Positions 19,606 through 28,771 of a stretch of DNA of 64,000 nucleotides are shown here, in pieces. The DNA is taken from NCBI GenBank assembly GCA_947629945.1, contig CANRFR010000002.1, positions 519 to 64,518 on the forward strand. Reading direction: 5' to 3'. The translations under genes and the position numbers were made by a program. The first letter of the stretch is position 1, and every line of letters starts with the position of its first letter. The DNA is from an uncultured Clostridia bacterium (GTDB lineage: Bacteria > Bacillota > Clostridia > Oscillospirales > Ruminococcaceae). The notes beneath the pieces are model-generated. The model worked only from the letters and a program-made list of their open reading frames with translations, had not been told where the DNA came from and made no database searches.

Positions 19606-19660
19606 CAAAAAAGCAAGCTCGGCGCACAAAGCTATTGTGCCGCCGACCTTGCCGCTTTTT
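19606..19660. terminator. Terminator-like hairpin between ftsL-like gene and PBP
   Basis: gcaag-tcggcg-gcacaa/ttgtgc-gccga-cttgc stem with T6 tracts on both strands. Confidence 0.6.
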
Positions 19661-19721
19661 TGTGCAATGTGCTGTAAAGTCCAACGACAATAAGGGGCTT
19701 GTTCACCCTTATACTATGCCG

Positions 19722-20222
19722 TTAAAACCCGATGTATTCCAAAAACGACTTAAACCCTTTCTTAATTGAGCCCAAAAAGCCCTCGGAATCGTCTTTTTCG
19801 ACTTCAATCAGGCTCTCGGTATTCACGCTTATATATTTCTTCTGCGCCGAAGTGACCTTGTTCATTTGAAGATTGTTTTTCGCGTATTCCTCAATATATC
19901 CTATATTCGCCTTTGCGTCCAGCTTGCTTTGAAGAAGCGCGTTGTTTTCAAGTTCCTCGTTCAGCAGTTCCTGCTGCTCCGCGACAAGACGCGCGGTATC
20001 GTCTTTTTTCGTGTTGAACCAGTTTACCGCGAAGAACGCCGCGAACATTACCGCAATCGCCAAAAACGCCGTTATCTTCGTTCCGCTCTTTGAAAGCGAC
20101 GACGCGGGCGCCATACGGATCTTTCTCGCTTCTTCCTCTTTCTTGCGCTCCCTTTCGCGCCGCTCTCTGTCCGAATTATCGAACCGCGACAAATCGTACG
20201 CTAAATTATCGTCGTTATACAT
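19722..20222 (-). CDS. FtsL-like cell division protein
   Basis: Position after rsmH; single TM followed by a coiled coil; N-terminal LAYDL motif. Confidence 0.7.
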   Translation of the reverse strand: MYNDDNLAYDLSRFDNSDRERRERERKKEEEARKIRMAPASSLSKSGTKITAFLAIAVMFAAFFAVNWFNTKKDDTARLVAEQQELLNEELENNALLQSKLDAKANIGYIEEYAKNNLQMNKVTSAQKKYISVNTESLIEVEKDDSEGFLGSIKKGFKSFLEYIGF

Positions 20223-20235
20223 ACTTATCCCCCCT

Positions 20236-20368
20236 ATTTAAATAATTTCAAAATCTTGACTTTGATTTCTCGGTCGCTTCGCTCCCCCCGTTGCGCTTCA
20301 AAGTCAAGATCGATCAAAATTTTGCTTAGCGATAGCCCGGCAAAATTTTGACGTTTTTTGAAATTTAT
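20236..20368. repeat. Palindromic intercistronic element, family I, copy 1
   Basis: Near-identical to 31303-31429; outer IR AATTTCAAAA/TTTTGAAATT plus two internal hairpins. Confidence 0.9.
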
Positions 20369-20372
20369 CCGC

Positions 20373-21299
20373 TCATTCACGAACCTTTTTTATAACTCGC
20401 AGCTTCGCGCTTCTGCTTCTCGGATTGCTTTCCAGTTCTTCTAAAGACGGCGTTATCGGCTTTTTGCCGATAAGTTCGCCGCGCGGCTTCTTTCCGCACA
20501 CGCACACCGGAAACTCCGGCGGACAGGTGCAGCCCGTGCAGAACTCCTTGAATCTGTTTTTCACTATTCTGTCCTCAAGCGAATGAAACGTAATCACCGA
20601 CATCTTGCCGCCGATCTTCAGCCTGTTGAACCCGTCCGTCAGCGCCTTATCAAGCGCGTCAAGTTCGCCGTTCACTTCTATTCTTATCGCCTGAAAACTC
20701 TTTCGGCAAGGATTTTTCTCCCGCCTGTACGCCGCCGGAACGCTGCTTTTTATTATCTCTGCAAGTTCGCCCGTCCGTTCTATCGGCTTCAAAACCCTTG
20801 CTTTGACTATTCCCTCGGCTATCCTCGGCGCGAATTTCTCCTCGCCGTATTCATAAAGAACGCGCCTAAGCTCGTCCTCGGTATAATCATTCACGACGTC
20901 TGCCGCGGAAAGTCCCTCGCCGCTCATTCTCATATCGAGAGGAGCGTCGTTGTGGAACGAAAAACCGCGTTCCGCGTCGCCCAGTTGGTGGGAAGACACG
21001 CCCAGATCGGCGATAATACCGTCCAGCTTATCTATACCCAATTCATCCAAAACTTCATTTAATTCAATGAAGTTACGATTTACAAGCGTCACAGGCAGAC
21101 CCTTTAGCCGCCCCCCGGCAGCCTCGATAGCCTCCTTGTCCCTGTCGAAGCAGATAAGTCTCCCCCCCGAGAGCCTTTCCGCCAGCTCCAAGCTGTGACC
21201 GCCGCCGCCCGTTGTAAGATCCGCATAGACACCGTCCGTTTCCCCAAACGCGCCGTCCACCGTTTCCCTCAACAGAACCGTTGTGTGTCGAAAGTCCAT
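20373..21299 (-). CDS. rsmH: 16S rRNA m4C1402 methyltransferase
   Basis: HTTVLLRE, D.T.GGGGHS, DLGVSS.QL, RGFSF, PLDMRM, FQAIRIEVN, ITFHSLEDR, RSAKLR. Confidence 0.97.
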   Translation of the reverse strand: MDFRHTTVLLRETVDGAFGETDGVYADLTTGGGGHSLELAERLSGGRLICFDRDKEAIEAAGGRLKGLPVTLVNRNFIELNEVLDELGIDKLDGIIADLGVSSHQLGDAERGFSFHNDAPLDMRMSGEGLSAADVVNDYTEDELRRVLYEYGEEKFAPRIAEGIVKARVLKPIERTGELAEIIKSSVPAAYRREKNPCRKSFQAIRIEVNGELDALDKALTDGFNRLKIGGKMSVITFHSLEDRIVKNRFKEFCTGCTCPPEFPVCVCGKKPRGELIGKKPITPSLEELESNPRSRSAKLRVIKKVRE

Positions 21300-21718
21300 C
21301 AAATACCCAACTCCTCAGCCAATTTAGAGATATCTTCAAGAGAAGTTTGACTGTTATACTCTTCCCAGGCGGCTTTATCCCAGATCTCGGCGCCGTCCAC
21401 AAGCCCCACAACAACGACCTCACTTGTAATGTTCGCGTAACTGCGAAGTGCGCTCGGTATTGCAATTCTTCCTTGCTTGTCCGGCTCGACTTCGCTTCCT
21501 CCGCCTATCAAGAAACGCTCGATAGGCTTCGCGATCTTCGACGGCTTGCCGCGCAGGGAATCCTTCAAAGCTTCCCAGCTTTCGGCGGTATACACCGTCA
21601 AACACTTTTCGTTCAGGCTTTTGCAGATATAGAAATGTTCGCCGAACTCTTCACGCAGCTTCGCGGGGAAGTTCATACGTCCTTTGGCGTCAACGGTGTG
21701 TTCATACTCGCCGTACAT
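21299..21718 (-). CDS. mraZ: Transcriptional regulator MraZ
   Basis: GEYEHTVDAKGR..FP and DKQGRI.IP repeats; EIW motif. Confidence 0.96.
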   Translation of the reverse strand: MYGEYEHTVDAKGRMNFPAKLREEFGEHFYICKSLNEKCLTVYTAESWEALKDSLRGKPSKIAKPIERFLIGGGSEVEPDKQGRIAIPSALRSYANITSEVVVVGLVDGAEIWDKAAWEEYNSQTSLEDISKLAEELGI

Positions 21719-21738
21719 TTCTATATCCCCCCCTTTTT

Positions 21739-21895
21739 CAGTTGACAGTTTACAGTTGATAGTTGAGAGTTGTTAAGCGCTCCCGTAATTCAAAAGGTTT
21801 TCGCTCACGAATAATACGTTTCCCGCAAAGCGCGGGTGTTTCAATCCGCATAAGCCCCTAATAACTATCAATTGTCAACTGTACACTTTCAACTG
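21739..21895. repeat. Heptamer-bordered element: cagttga-type array and inverted tcaactg-type array
   Basis: Five units at 21739-21773 and five inverted units at 21861-21895 around an 87-bp spacer; abuts the mraZ RBS. Confidence 0.85.
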
Positions 21896-22027
21896 TTCCG
21901 TCCTCCTCAGACGGAAATTTCGTAGATCACATATTTTCCCTATGTATCGGTAATAAGGTGAGATTTTATATTTTAGTGAACTTTTCACCCCGAGAGTGAA
22001 ACAATTCACCCTCTTTACCCACTTTTA

Positions 22028-22056
22028 ATTATAAACCACTTTTCCTTTTTTTTCAA
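22028..22056 (-). promoter_or_regulatory. SigA promoter of the dcw cluster, overlapping GTGG (MraZ-box-like) motifs
   Basis: TTGAAA-17-TATAAT on the minus strand; GTGG at 22036-39 and 22019-22. Confidence 0.75.
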
Positions 22057-22120
22057 GTGTTATTTGTGTTTTTTAAGAAAAATTCGGAATAAAGTTTTGT
22101 TCATATTTTTGTGCAATTTC

Positions 22121-22160
22121 AACAAAACAGCGCCCCGAAACTTCCGCTTCGGAGCGCAAA
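22121..22160 (-). terminator. Probable terminator of the polyamine operon
   Basis: gcgc(c/t)ccgaa...ttcgg(a)gcgc stem followed by a TGTTTTGTT tract on the minus strand. Confidence 0.6.
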
Positions 22161-22343
22161 AATTGTGCAATTTATCGGTATATGTTGAGTTAGCGTTGTA
22201 GAACCTTAACTACATCTTGGGTCGATCTTCGATCTGTTCATACGATTTGCGGCGCAGAACCTTAGTTTATTAAGTAAGAACCTAATAACGATATGTGGAA
22301 AACTTGTTGAAAATTTGTGCAAAACTTCCAATCGCCAATTTGT

Positions 22344-23615
22344 TCACTTTCCCGAGTTTTTCAGAAGTTCCTTTTTTCTCCGCTTTGCCTTTCCCCGCAG
22401 CTGCTGAACTCGCGCAATTTCGTACTTGCAGCCGCTGTCGTGAGGATCCTTTTGAAACTGCTCCAACGCAAGGTTGCAAAGCTCGATAACACGGTCGGGG
22501 TCGCCGTCCGCGTCGTCGAGAGCCTGCGCTTTATCACGGTAAACCATACCGATATCGTATACATTGTCGGGCGTGTGTTCCAAACGCAGCGCCAGTTCCG
22601 CTTCAAACATCTCGTTGCTCTTGTCATACTGCTTTGTTGCGGCGTAAAAGCCCGCCATCGTTCCGTAAAACTTTGCGAGCCTGTCAAAATCGCCGCTCCC
22701 TTTGATTATGCCGCCCGCTTTATCGTACCACTCGGCAGCTTCCTCCAAACGGTTCAGCGCCCATAAACAGCGTCCGACAAGTTTATAATGGTCGGAAAGT
22801 TCCAAATCGTCTGCATTAGTCTGCTCTAAGCGCTTGATTATCTCCAATTGGATGTCGAGAGCGTGAGCGAAATCGCAGTGCAGCGCGTTTCCGTAAAACT
22901 CCGCCTCAAACAGCGAATTCAATTCGTCGAGAGTAACGGTGGCAAAGCGTTCCGCCTTGCGCTGTTCGTAAGTCTTTCGCGTGACAACGTGCAAAAACGC
23001 CACGTTACCGCCGTCCTCGTCGTATTCCGCAATAAGAAACGCGCCGTTATCCTCGTCAAAATTTATCGAGGTATGCTGAGTGCTGCCGCCCGACGGCATT
23101 ATAAGGGAACGCTCCGCGCCGTGTTTTTTCAGCACAGCGTCGATCTCCGCGCCTTGAAACAGAAACTTGTCCGAGCTTTTAAACAGCGCCGACACAAACA
23201 TAACGCTCATCAGCCCGTCAAGCGTTACTCCGTCTGACGGTCCCCAATGTACCATACGGTTTTCGTCGTCGATCTCGCCGAACGCAATATCCAAATCCCG
23301 AGTACCGAGATCTATTCCGACGAACATCTTATCCGAACCGATACTCTCTGCCGTGCCGATCGCCATAATATGTACTTCGCCGCTGTCGGTCGACAAATGT
23401 ACCATACGTATACCGTCGGGGTGAAAAAAAGTTATCTGCCCCTTATTCATATCAAGATACGCATATTTTTCCAGAAACTCGCGCAGCGGCGCTGGAATAT
23501 CCAAGCCGCTCTGTTTCTTTGCTTTAATAAAGTCTCCGTTCCAAACTCCGTTATGTTCGCCGTCGTAGTACAGCTCCATAGCTTTGAGCGGCTCTATATT
23601 GTACAGTACAGCCAT
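22344..23615 (-). CDS. SMI1/KNR4 (SUKH)-like domain fused to TPR repeats
   Basis: IPAPLREFLEKY motif; C-terminal helical repeats (LEEAAEWYDKA, YDKSNEMFEAEL); paralog of 23640-24287. Confidence 0.55.
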   Translation of the reverse strand: MAVLYNIEPLKAMELYYDGEHNGVWNGDFIKAKKQSGLDIPAPLREFLEKYAYLDMNKGQITFFHPDGIRMVHLSTDSGEVHIMAIGTAESIGSDKMFVGIDLGTRDLDIAFGEIDDENRMVHWGPSDGVTLDGLMSVMFVSALFKSSDKFLFQGAEIDAVLKKHGAERSLIMPSGGSTQHTSINFDEDNGAFLIAEYDEDGGNVAFLHVVTRKTYEQRKAERFATVTLDELNSLFEAEFYGNALHCDFAHALDIQLEIIKRLEQTNADDLELSDHYKLVGRCLWALNRLEEAAEWYDKAGGIIKGSGDFDRLAKFYGTMAGFYAATKQYDKSNEMFEAELALRLEHTPDNVYDIGMVYRDKAQALDDADGDPDRVIELCNLALEQFQKDPHDSGCKYEIARVQQLRGKAKRRKKELLKNSGK

Positions 23616-23639
23616 TTTAGTTCTCCTTCGCAAGTAAAA

Positions 23640-24287
23640 TCATAAGCCTTTCAAAAATTTCTCCGAGCTTAAAAAGAAGAACCTCGCCAATTCGCCGCCG
23701 TTAAACTCAGCCGCCATAAACGTACGCGTTTCCTCGGAAAAGCCGATAGAATATTCGCGGTGCAGAGCGGGATTGTTCTCGATTTTCTCAATATCGAAGC
23801 CGTTCTCGCGCAGCAGCTTTACGGCAAGCTCGGGGTCGTCGGCAGCCACTGCTCCGTCGGTTTTCATAATCAAATTAACCAGCATAACTTTAAACAGCTC
23901 GGTGAGCGTATCGTCGGAGGGCAGCAGCTGCGCTTGATTAGGCGTGATTTTCATAAGAAATACGCAAGGGTCGTTGGACGGCTCGTCCAACACCGTTATC
24001 TCGAACTCGCCCACTCGCCCGACGATAAGAAGCGGCAGCTCTTTATTATCCCCGTAACGGAAAATACGCTTCGTCATAATATTCGGATGAATAAAGCGCG
24101 GGGCGTCGGAAAGCCTGTTCACAGCCATATAGCCGTATTCGCGCAGAAATCTGTGCAAAACCGTCGGCAAAACAATAACTCGCGATTTAAGATTTGCCGC
24201 GAAATCATCTTCGGAAAATCCGTCGGTTTCTCCCTGATAAAAAATTTTCAGCGCGTCAAACGCGTCGAGATTATGCAGTACAGCCAC
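23640..24287 (-). CDS. SMI1/KNR4 (SUKH)-like protein
   Basis: LPTVLHRFLREYG motif; aligns by eye with the N-terminal half of the downstream gene. Confidence 0.55.
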   Translation of the reverse strand: MAVLHNLDAFDALKIFYQGETDGFSEDDFAANLKSRVIVLPTVLHRFLREYGYMAVNRLSDAPRFIHPNIMTKRIFRYGDNKELPLLIVGRVGEFEITVLDEPSNDPCVFLMKITPNQAQLLPSDDTLTELFKVMLVNLIMKTDGAVAADDPELAVKLLRENGFDIEKIENNPALHREYSIGFSEETRTFMAAEFNGGELARFFFLSSEKFLKGL

Positions 24288-24299
24288 CTTAAAAGCCCC

Positions 24300-25433
24300 C
24301 TAACTCAACCTTGTTTTAAAATTTTCGTAACCGAATTCTTTCAAAAGCGCAAGCTCTCCGTTTTCGCGCAGTAAGTAAATACTCGGCAAAGCCATGCCGT
24401 TGAACGTGTTGTTCTTGCACATTGAATAGATAGCCATATCCTCGAACACGAGCCTGTCGCCCTCGGAAAGCGCTTTATCAAACGAATAATCGCCGATGAT
24501 ATCCCCCGCGAGACAGGTGTTGCCGCCTAACCGATAAGTAAACTGCTTTTCGTTTGGCATTCCCGCGCCCCGAATATTCGGACGGTAGGGCATTTCCAAA
24601 ACGTCGGGCGCATGACAGGCGGCAGACGCGTCCGTTATCGCGATATTCATACCGTTTCGGAACGTATCGAGCACCGTCGTGACCAGATAACCCGCGTTCA
24701 GCGCGACTGCCTCTCCCGGCTCCAAATACACTTCAAAGCCGAATTGTTCCTTGGTGAAGCGTATTTCCTCGATAAGCAGCTCACGGTCGTAGTCGGGGCG
24801 CGTAATGTGGTGTCCGCCGCCCATATTCAGCCACTTTATTCTTCCGAAAAATTTTCCGAACTTCTTTGTGACTTCAACTATTGTTTCACAGAGCGGTTCT
24901 GCGTTTTGCTCGCAGAGCGTATGAAAATGCAGACCCTCAACTCCCTCGGGAAGTTCCGTTAAATTCGCGATAGTTGTTCCCAAGCGTGAAAACTCGCTGC
25001 AAGGGTCGTAAATTCCGTGCTCCTGCGTGGAGTATTCGGGATTTATCCGTATACCGCAAGACGCGCCCGCCGCCCTGTCCTTGAACTTTTCATACTGTCG
25101 AGCGTTATTGAAAACGATATGATTACAGATTTTCGCAATCTCGTCGAACTCCTCGTCACGGTAAGCGGGCGAGAAAATGTGGTTCTCCCGTCCGAAAGGC
25201 TTTGCCATTTCCTCGTAGCCGAGCCGCGCTTCATACAGACCGCTTGCGGTACAGCCGTCAAGATATTTCGCTATAAGCGGATAAGTTGCGAACGCAGAAT
25301 ACGCCTTCTGCGCGAGAAGTATTTTACAGCCCGCGCGTTTCTTCACGTCCGCAAGTATTTCCAGATTTTCCCTTAGCCGCCGTTCGTCAATGACGTAGCA
25401 CGGGGTTTTAACTTTTGTTATCCAATCAGACAT
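24300..25433 (-). CDS. nspC: Carboxynorspermidine/carboxyspermidine decarboxylase
   Basis: TPCYVID, LAQKAY (PLP Lys), GLHFHTLCEQ, NMGGGHHIT, LEPGEA, KNNTFNG. Confidence 0.95.
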   Translation of the reverse strand: MSDWITKVKTPCYVIDERRLRENLEILADVKKRAGCKILLAQKAYSAFATYPLIAKYLDGCTASGLYEARLGYEEMAKPFGRENHIFSPAYRDEEFDEIAKICNHIVFNNARQYEKFKDRAAGASCGIRINPEYSTQEHGIYDPCSEFSRLGTTIANLTELPEGVEGLHFHTLCEQNAEPLCETIVEVTKKFGKFFGRIKWLNMGGGHHITRPDYDRELLIEEIRFTKEQFGFEVYLEPGEAVALNAGYLVTTVLDTFRNGMNIAITDASAACHAPDVLEMPYRPNIRGAGMPNEKQFTYRLGGNTCLAGDIIGDYSFDKALSEGDRLVFEDMAIYSMCKNNTFNGMALPSIYLLRENGELALLKEFGYENFKTRLS

Positions 25434-25453
25434 TTGCGGCGCTCCTTAATTTA

Positions 25454-26404
25454 CTATCTGACTATCGCGTAAGCCATATACCCGCCGTACAGCGCGACCA
25501 AAATTCCGCCCTCAACGCGGTTTACAGTCTTGTTTGTACAGCAGAACACATAAGCGAGAGCAGAAATTCCCATAAGAATAATCAAATCGGTAAGTCCTTG
25601 CGCGTTGATATTCATAGGAGTAATTGCTGCGGAAGCCGCCAGTACGAATAGGATATTGAACACGTTAGAGCCGACAACGTTGCCCACAGCGATATCGCTC
25701 TCACCTTTTCTCGCGGCGACAATGCTCGTTACAAGCTCGGGGAGCGACGTTCCCACGGCGACTATCGTAAGACCCGCCAGCGTTTCGCTCATTCCCAAGC
25801 CGATTGCGATGGTTTTCGCGTTGTTTACGACCAACTCGCCGCCGATAACTATCCCCACAAGCCCCAAAATCGTGAATATTATGCTCTTCGGAAGACTTAC
25901 GGGCTTTGCGTTCTCGGGTTCGGGCTGACGGTTGTTTAATGCAAACGTTACTATCGAATACAAAAAGATACCGAGCAGAATTATCATAATAAACGCTTCG
26001 TTTCGGGAGATAACGTTGCTCTCGCCGCCGCCCAAAGCAGTATCAAACGCTGACAGAGCCAGAACTGCCGTTGCCACCAGCATAAACGGGAACTGCTTTT
26101 TGACTATCTCGCCGTCCACGCGCACGGGTTTTATCAGCGCGGCAATACCGAGCACTCCCAAGAGGTTGAACATATTCGAACCTATTACGTTGCCAACTGC
26201 GATATCGTTTGAACCGTTCACTCCCGCGATAATGCTTACCGCCGCTTCGGGAGCGGAAGTTCCCATAGCGACAATCGTAAGTCCAATGACGATTGACGGA
26301 ATTTTGAGCTTTCGGGCTATACCCGAACTGCCGTCAACGAAGATATCCGCACCCTTAACAAGCAAGACAAAGCCCACTAAAAGTAATACTATCGCTAAAA
26401 ACAT
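25454..26404 (-). CDS. Ca2+/Na+ antiporter (YrbG family)
   Basis: Duplicated alpha-repeats GTSAPE/GTSLPE and GNVIGSN/GNVVGSN. Confidence 0.92.
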   Translation of the reverse strand: MFLAIVLLLVGFVLLVKGADIFVDGSSGIARKLKIPSIVIGLTIVAMGTSAPEAAVSIIAGVNGSNDIAVGNVIGSNMFNLLGVLGIAALIKPVRVDGEIVKKQFPFMLVATAVLALSAFDTALGGGESNVISRNEAFIMIILLGIFLYSIVTFALNNRQPEPENAKPVSLPKSIIFTILGLVGIVIGGELVVNNAKTIAIGLGMSETLAGLTIVAVGTSLPELVTSIVAARKGESDIAVGNVVGSNVFNILFVLAASAAITPMNINAQGLTDLIILMGISALAYVFCCTNKTVNRVEGGILVALYGGYMAYAIVR

Positions 26405-26416
26405 CTCAATCTCCTT

Positions 26417-27622
26417 TTAGTCCACAAGAACCGGGTCTCTGTCCTCTTCCCAAGGCAAACCCCACTTATTGAGGTTCTCCATAAAAGGATCGGGGTCGAA
26501 CTCCTCAACGTTGAACACGCCCGGCTTCTTCCACAAGCCCTCCAGCACCATAGCCGCGCCTATCATAGCGGGAACTCCCGTGGTGTACGAAATAGCCTGT
26601 GAGCCGACTTCTTTATAGCACTCCTGATGGTCGCAGATGTTGTAGAGATAGTAATTCTTCGGCTTGCCGTCCTTTTTGCCTTGGAAAATACACCCGATAT
26701 TCGTTTTGCCCTTGGTTCTCGGACCGAGAGAAGCGGGGTCGGGGAGCACGGCTTTGAGAAACTGCAAAGGCACTATCTCTTTGCCCTCGAACATAATCGG
26801 CTCGATAGAGGTCATTCCAACGTTTTCAAGGCACTTCAAATGTGTAAGATAACTCTGCCCGAACGTCATAAAGAAACGTATTCTCTTAATTCCTTTGATG
26901 TTCAGCGCAAGGCTCTCCAATTCCTCATGGTGGAGCAAATACATATCCTTTTCGCCCACGCCTTTAAAGTTGTAAACGCGTTTTATCTCCATAGGCTCTG
27001 TCTCAACCCATTTGCCGTCCTCGATATAAGAGCCTTTCGCCGACACCTCTCTAATGTTTATCTCGGGATTGAAATTGGTCGCAAACGGATAGCCGTGGTC
27101 GCCGCCGTTGCAGTCGAGAATATCAATATAATTTATCTCGTCGAACTCGTGCTTTTGCGCGTAAGCCGAGAACACTCCCGTAACACCCGGGTCAAACCCG
27201 CACCCGAGTACTGCCGTGATACCCGCTTTCTCGAAACGCTCACGGTAAGCCCACTGCCATGAATACTCAAACTTTGCCGTGTCCTCGGGTTCGTAATTCG
27301 CGGTATCAAGGTAATCCACTTTGCACTCAAGACACGCGTCCATAATGTGCAAATCTTGATACGGAAGCGCTATATTCATAACAATCTCGGGCTTGTACTC
27401 CTTAATGAGAGCTACAAGCTCGGGAACGTTGTCCGCGTTTACCGCCGCCGTTGAGATAACGGTTTTTGTGGTCGGCTGAAAACGTCTTTTGAGCGCGTCG
27501 CACTTGGATTTCGTGCGGCTCGCTATCATAATCTCTCCGAAAACCTCGCTGTTTTGGCAGCATTTCGCGACCACTACGCTCGCTACGCCGCCCGCTCCGA
27601 TAATCATTGCTCTGTGTGCCAT
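26417..27622 (-). CDS. Carboxy(nor)spermidine dehydrogenase (saccharopine dehydrogenase family)
   Basis: IIGAGGVA, YLDTANYEP, GCGFDPGVT, FATNFNPEINIRE, QAISYTTGVPA; context with nspC. Confidence 0.92.
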   Translation of the reverse strand: MAHRAMIIGAGGVASVVVAKCCQNSEVFGEIMIASRTKSKCDALKRRFQPTTKTVISTAAVNADNVPELVALIKEYKPEIVMNIALPYQDLHIMDACLECKVDYLDTANYEPEDTAKFEYSWQWAYRERFEKAGITAVLGCGFDPGVTGVFSAYAQKHEFDEINYIDILDCNGGDHGYPFATNFNPEINIREVSAKGSYIEDGKWVETEPMEIKRVYNFKGVGEKDMYLLHHEELESLALNIKGIKRIRFFMTFGQSYLTHLKCLENVGMTSIEPIMFEGKEIVPLQFLKAVLPDPASLGPRTKGKTNIGCIFQGKKDGKPKNYYLYNICDHQECYKEVGSQAISYTTGVPAMIGAAMVLEGLWKKPGVFNVEEFDPDPFMENLNKWGLPWEEDRDPVLVD

Positions 27623-27651
27623 AGTTTTTTCTCCTTAATTAAAATAAAATA

Positions 27652-27716
27652 CGGTTATTGCCGCGCGAAGCGCAACCGAAATTGTCAACTGTACATTGTA
27701 CATTGTCAATTGTTCA
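27652..27716. repeat. Heptamer element with GCGAAGC mini-hairpin
   Basis: cggttat remnant, gcgcgaagcgc, then tcaactg tacattg tacattg tcaattg ttca; matches 33096-33140. Confidence 0.85.
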
Positions 27717-28361
27717 AATTCCGCTCATACTCAACGTATAGAGCACAAGCGCCAATAAACCGAGCGTCAAAATCAAGAAAATACCGCCCAATAATTTATT
27801 GCCGCCTTTACCCAAAACTCCGCTTCTGCCGCCGATAAAGCCGACCGTCACCAAGGCGGCAAACCCTATGCCGCAAAGTATTCGCAAACCGCCGAACTCC
27901 TTAAAACGCATATCTATATAATAATATGTGTTCAATTTCTCACCCGACGTTATTATGTTTTCGGCGAGGAGCTTGGAATTTATCGAACTTACTTCCGATG
28001 TTGCCTTATAATTCAACCGCGTTACTCTGCCTTTGATTTTCTGCGAACCAAGCATCGCTATGCCGCCGGAAAAGTTCTTTTCTATATAAGAGGGCTTCGC
28101 TCTTACAAGAAAAGGCGCTGCGCTGTTGTCGTTCGTCATCATAAGATAATAATGGTCGCTGCCCGTGGGAATTAGGTTTACGGAATGTTTCAGTTCAAGA
28201 ACCTCAAACGCGTAAACCGCAGTAAACTCGCAAACATCGCCCTTGTCTGCGCTGTTTATCGGCACGGAGCCGTTCTTCAAAAGCGCGGCTGCTCCCGAAA
28301 TCAAGAAAAACAACGTAAAGACGATCAAAATGATAAAGGCCGCTATAGATTTACGGGTCAT
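27714..28361 (-). CDS. Hypothetical membrane protein (N-terminal TM, two C-terminal TMs)
   Basis: ATG at 28361 after AAGGAG; hydrophobic termini. Confidence 0.7.
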   Translation of the reverse strand: MTRKSIAAFIILIVFTLFFLISGAAALLKNGSVPINSADKGDVCEFTAVYAFEVLELKHSVNLIPTGSDHYYLMMTNDNSAAPFLVRAKPSYIEKNFSGGIAMLGSQKIKGRVTRLNYKATSEVSSINSKLLAENIITSGEKLNTYYYIDMRFKEFGGLRILCGIGFAALVTVGFIGGRSGVLGKGGNKLLGGIFLILTLGLLALVLYTLSMSGI

Positions 28362-28422
28362 AAAATTCTCCTTGTGAATATAATTACGTCGTTGGTTTTC
28401 GTTTGCCAAACAAATGACCGTA

Positions 28423-28755
28423 TCAGTTTATCAGCAGCCCGATAATCGCGAACGTAAGCATAGCGACAAGTCCCAACAGCATACAAGCCCCGCCGATAGC
28501 AAGCGACTTGCGGCTCTTCAGCTTATCCACTCGCAATAACGTAAGCCCCGTTGCCAAAGCGGTAAGCAGCCCGAAAACCGCCGCCGTGATAAGAAACGCA
28601 AATCTTTTCGGATACTGCGCGGAAATCGTAACGCCGAGCACCACAAGGCTCAACGCAAGCAATCCCATTGCCGCCATAACCACGATTCCCGTCAGCTTAA
28701 CGGATTTGATTTGCATATTACGTTCTTCCTGTTCATTAAGTTCTTTATTTTCCAT
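28423..28755 (-). CDS. Hypothetical small membrane protein (3 TM)
   Basis: ATG at 28755 after AAGGAG; three hydrophobic segments. Confidence 0.7.
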   Translation of the reverse strand: MENKELNEQEERNMQIKSVKLTGIVVMAAMGLLALSLVVLGVTISAQYPKRFAFLITAAVFGLLTALATGLTLLRVDKLKSRKSLAIGGACMLLGLVAMLTFAIIGLLIN

Positions 28756-28771
28756 TTTTATCTCCTTAAAT

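Noticed and set aside
3097-19693. Many long overlapping ORFs opposite or out of frame with dcw and neighbouring genes (e.g. 3097-4275, 7039-7821, 15377-16354, 18659-19693)
   Set aside because: Typical GC-rich shadow ORFs with no motifs, fully overlapping well-supported genes.
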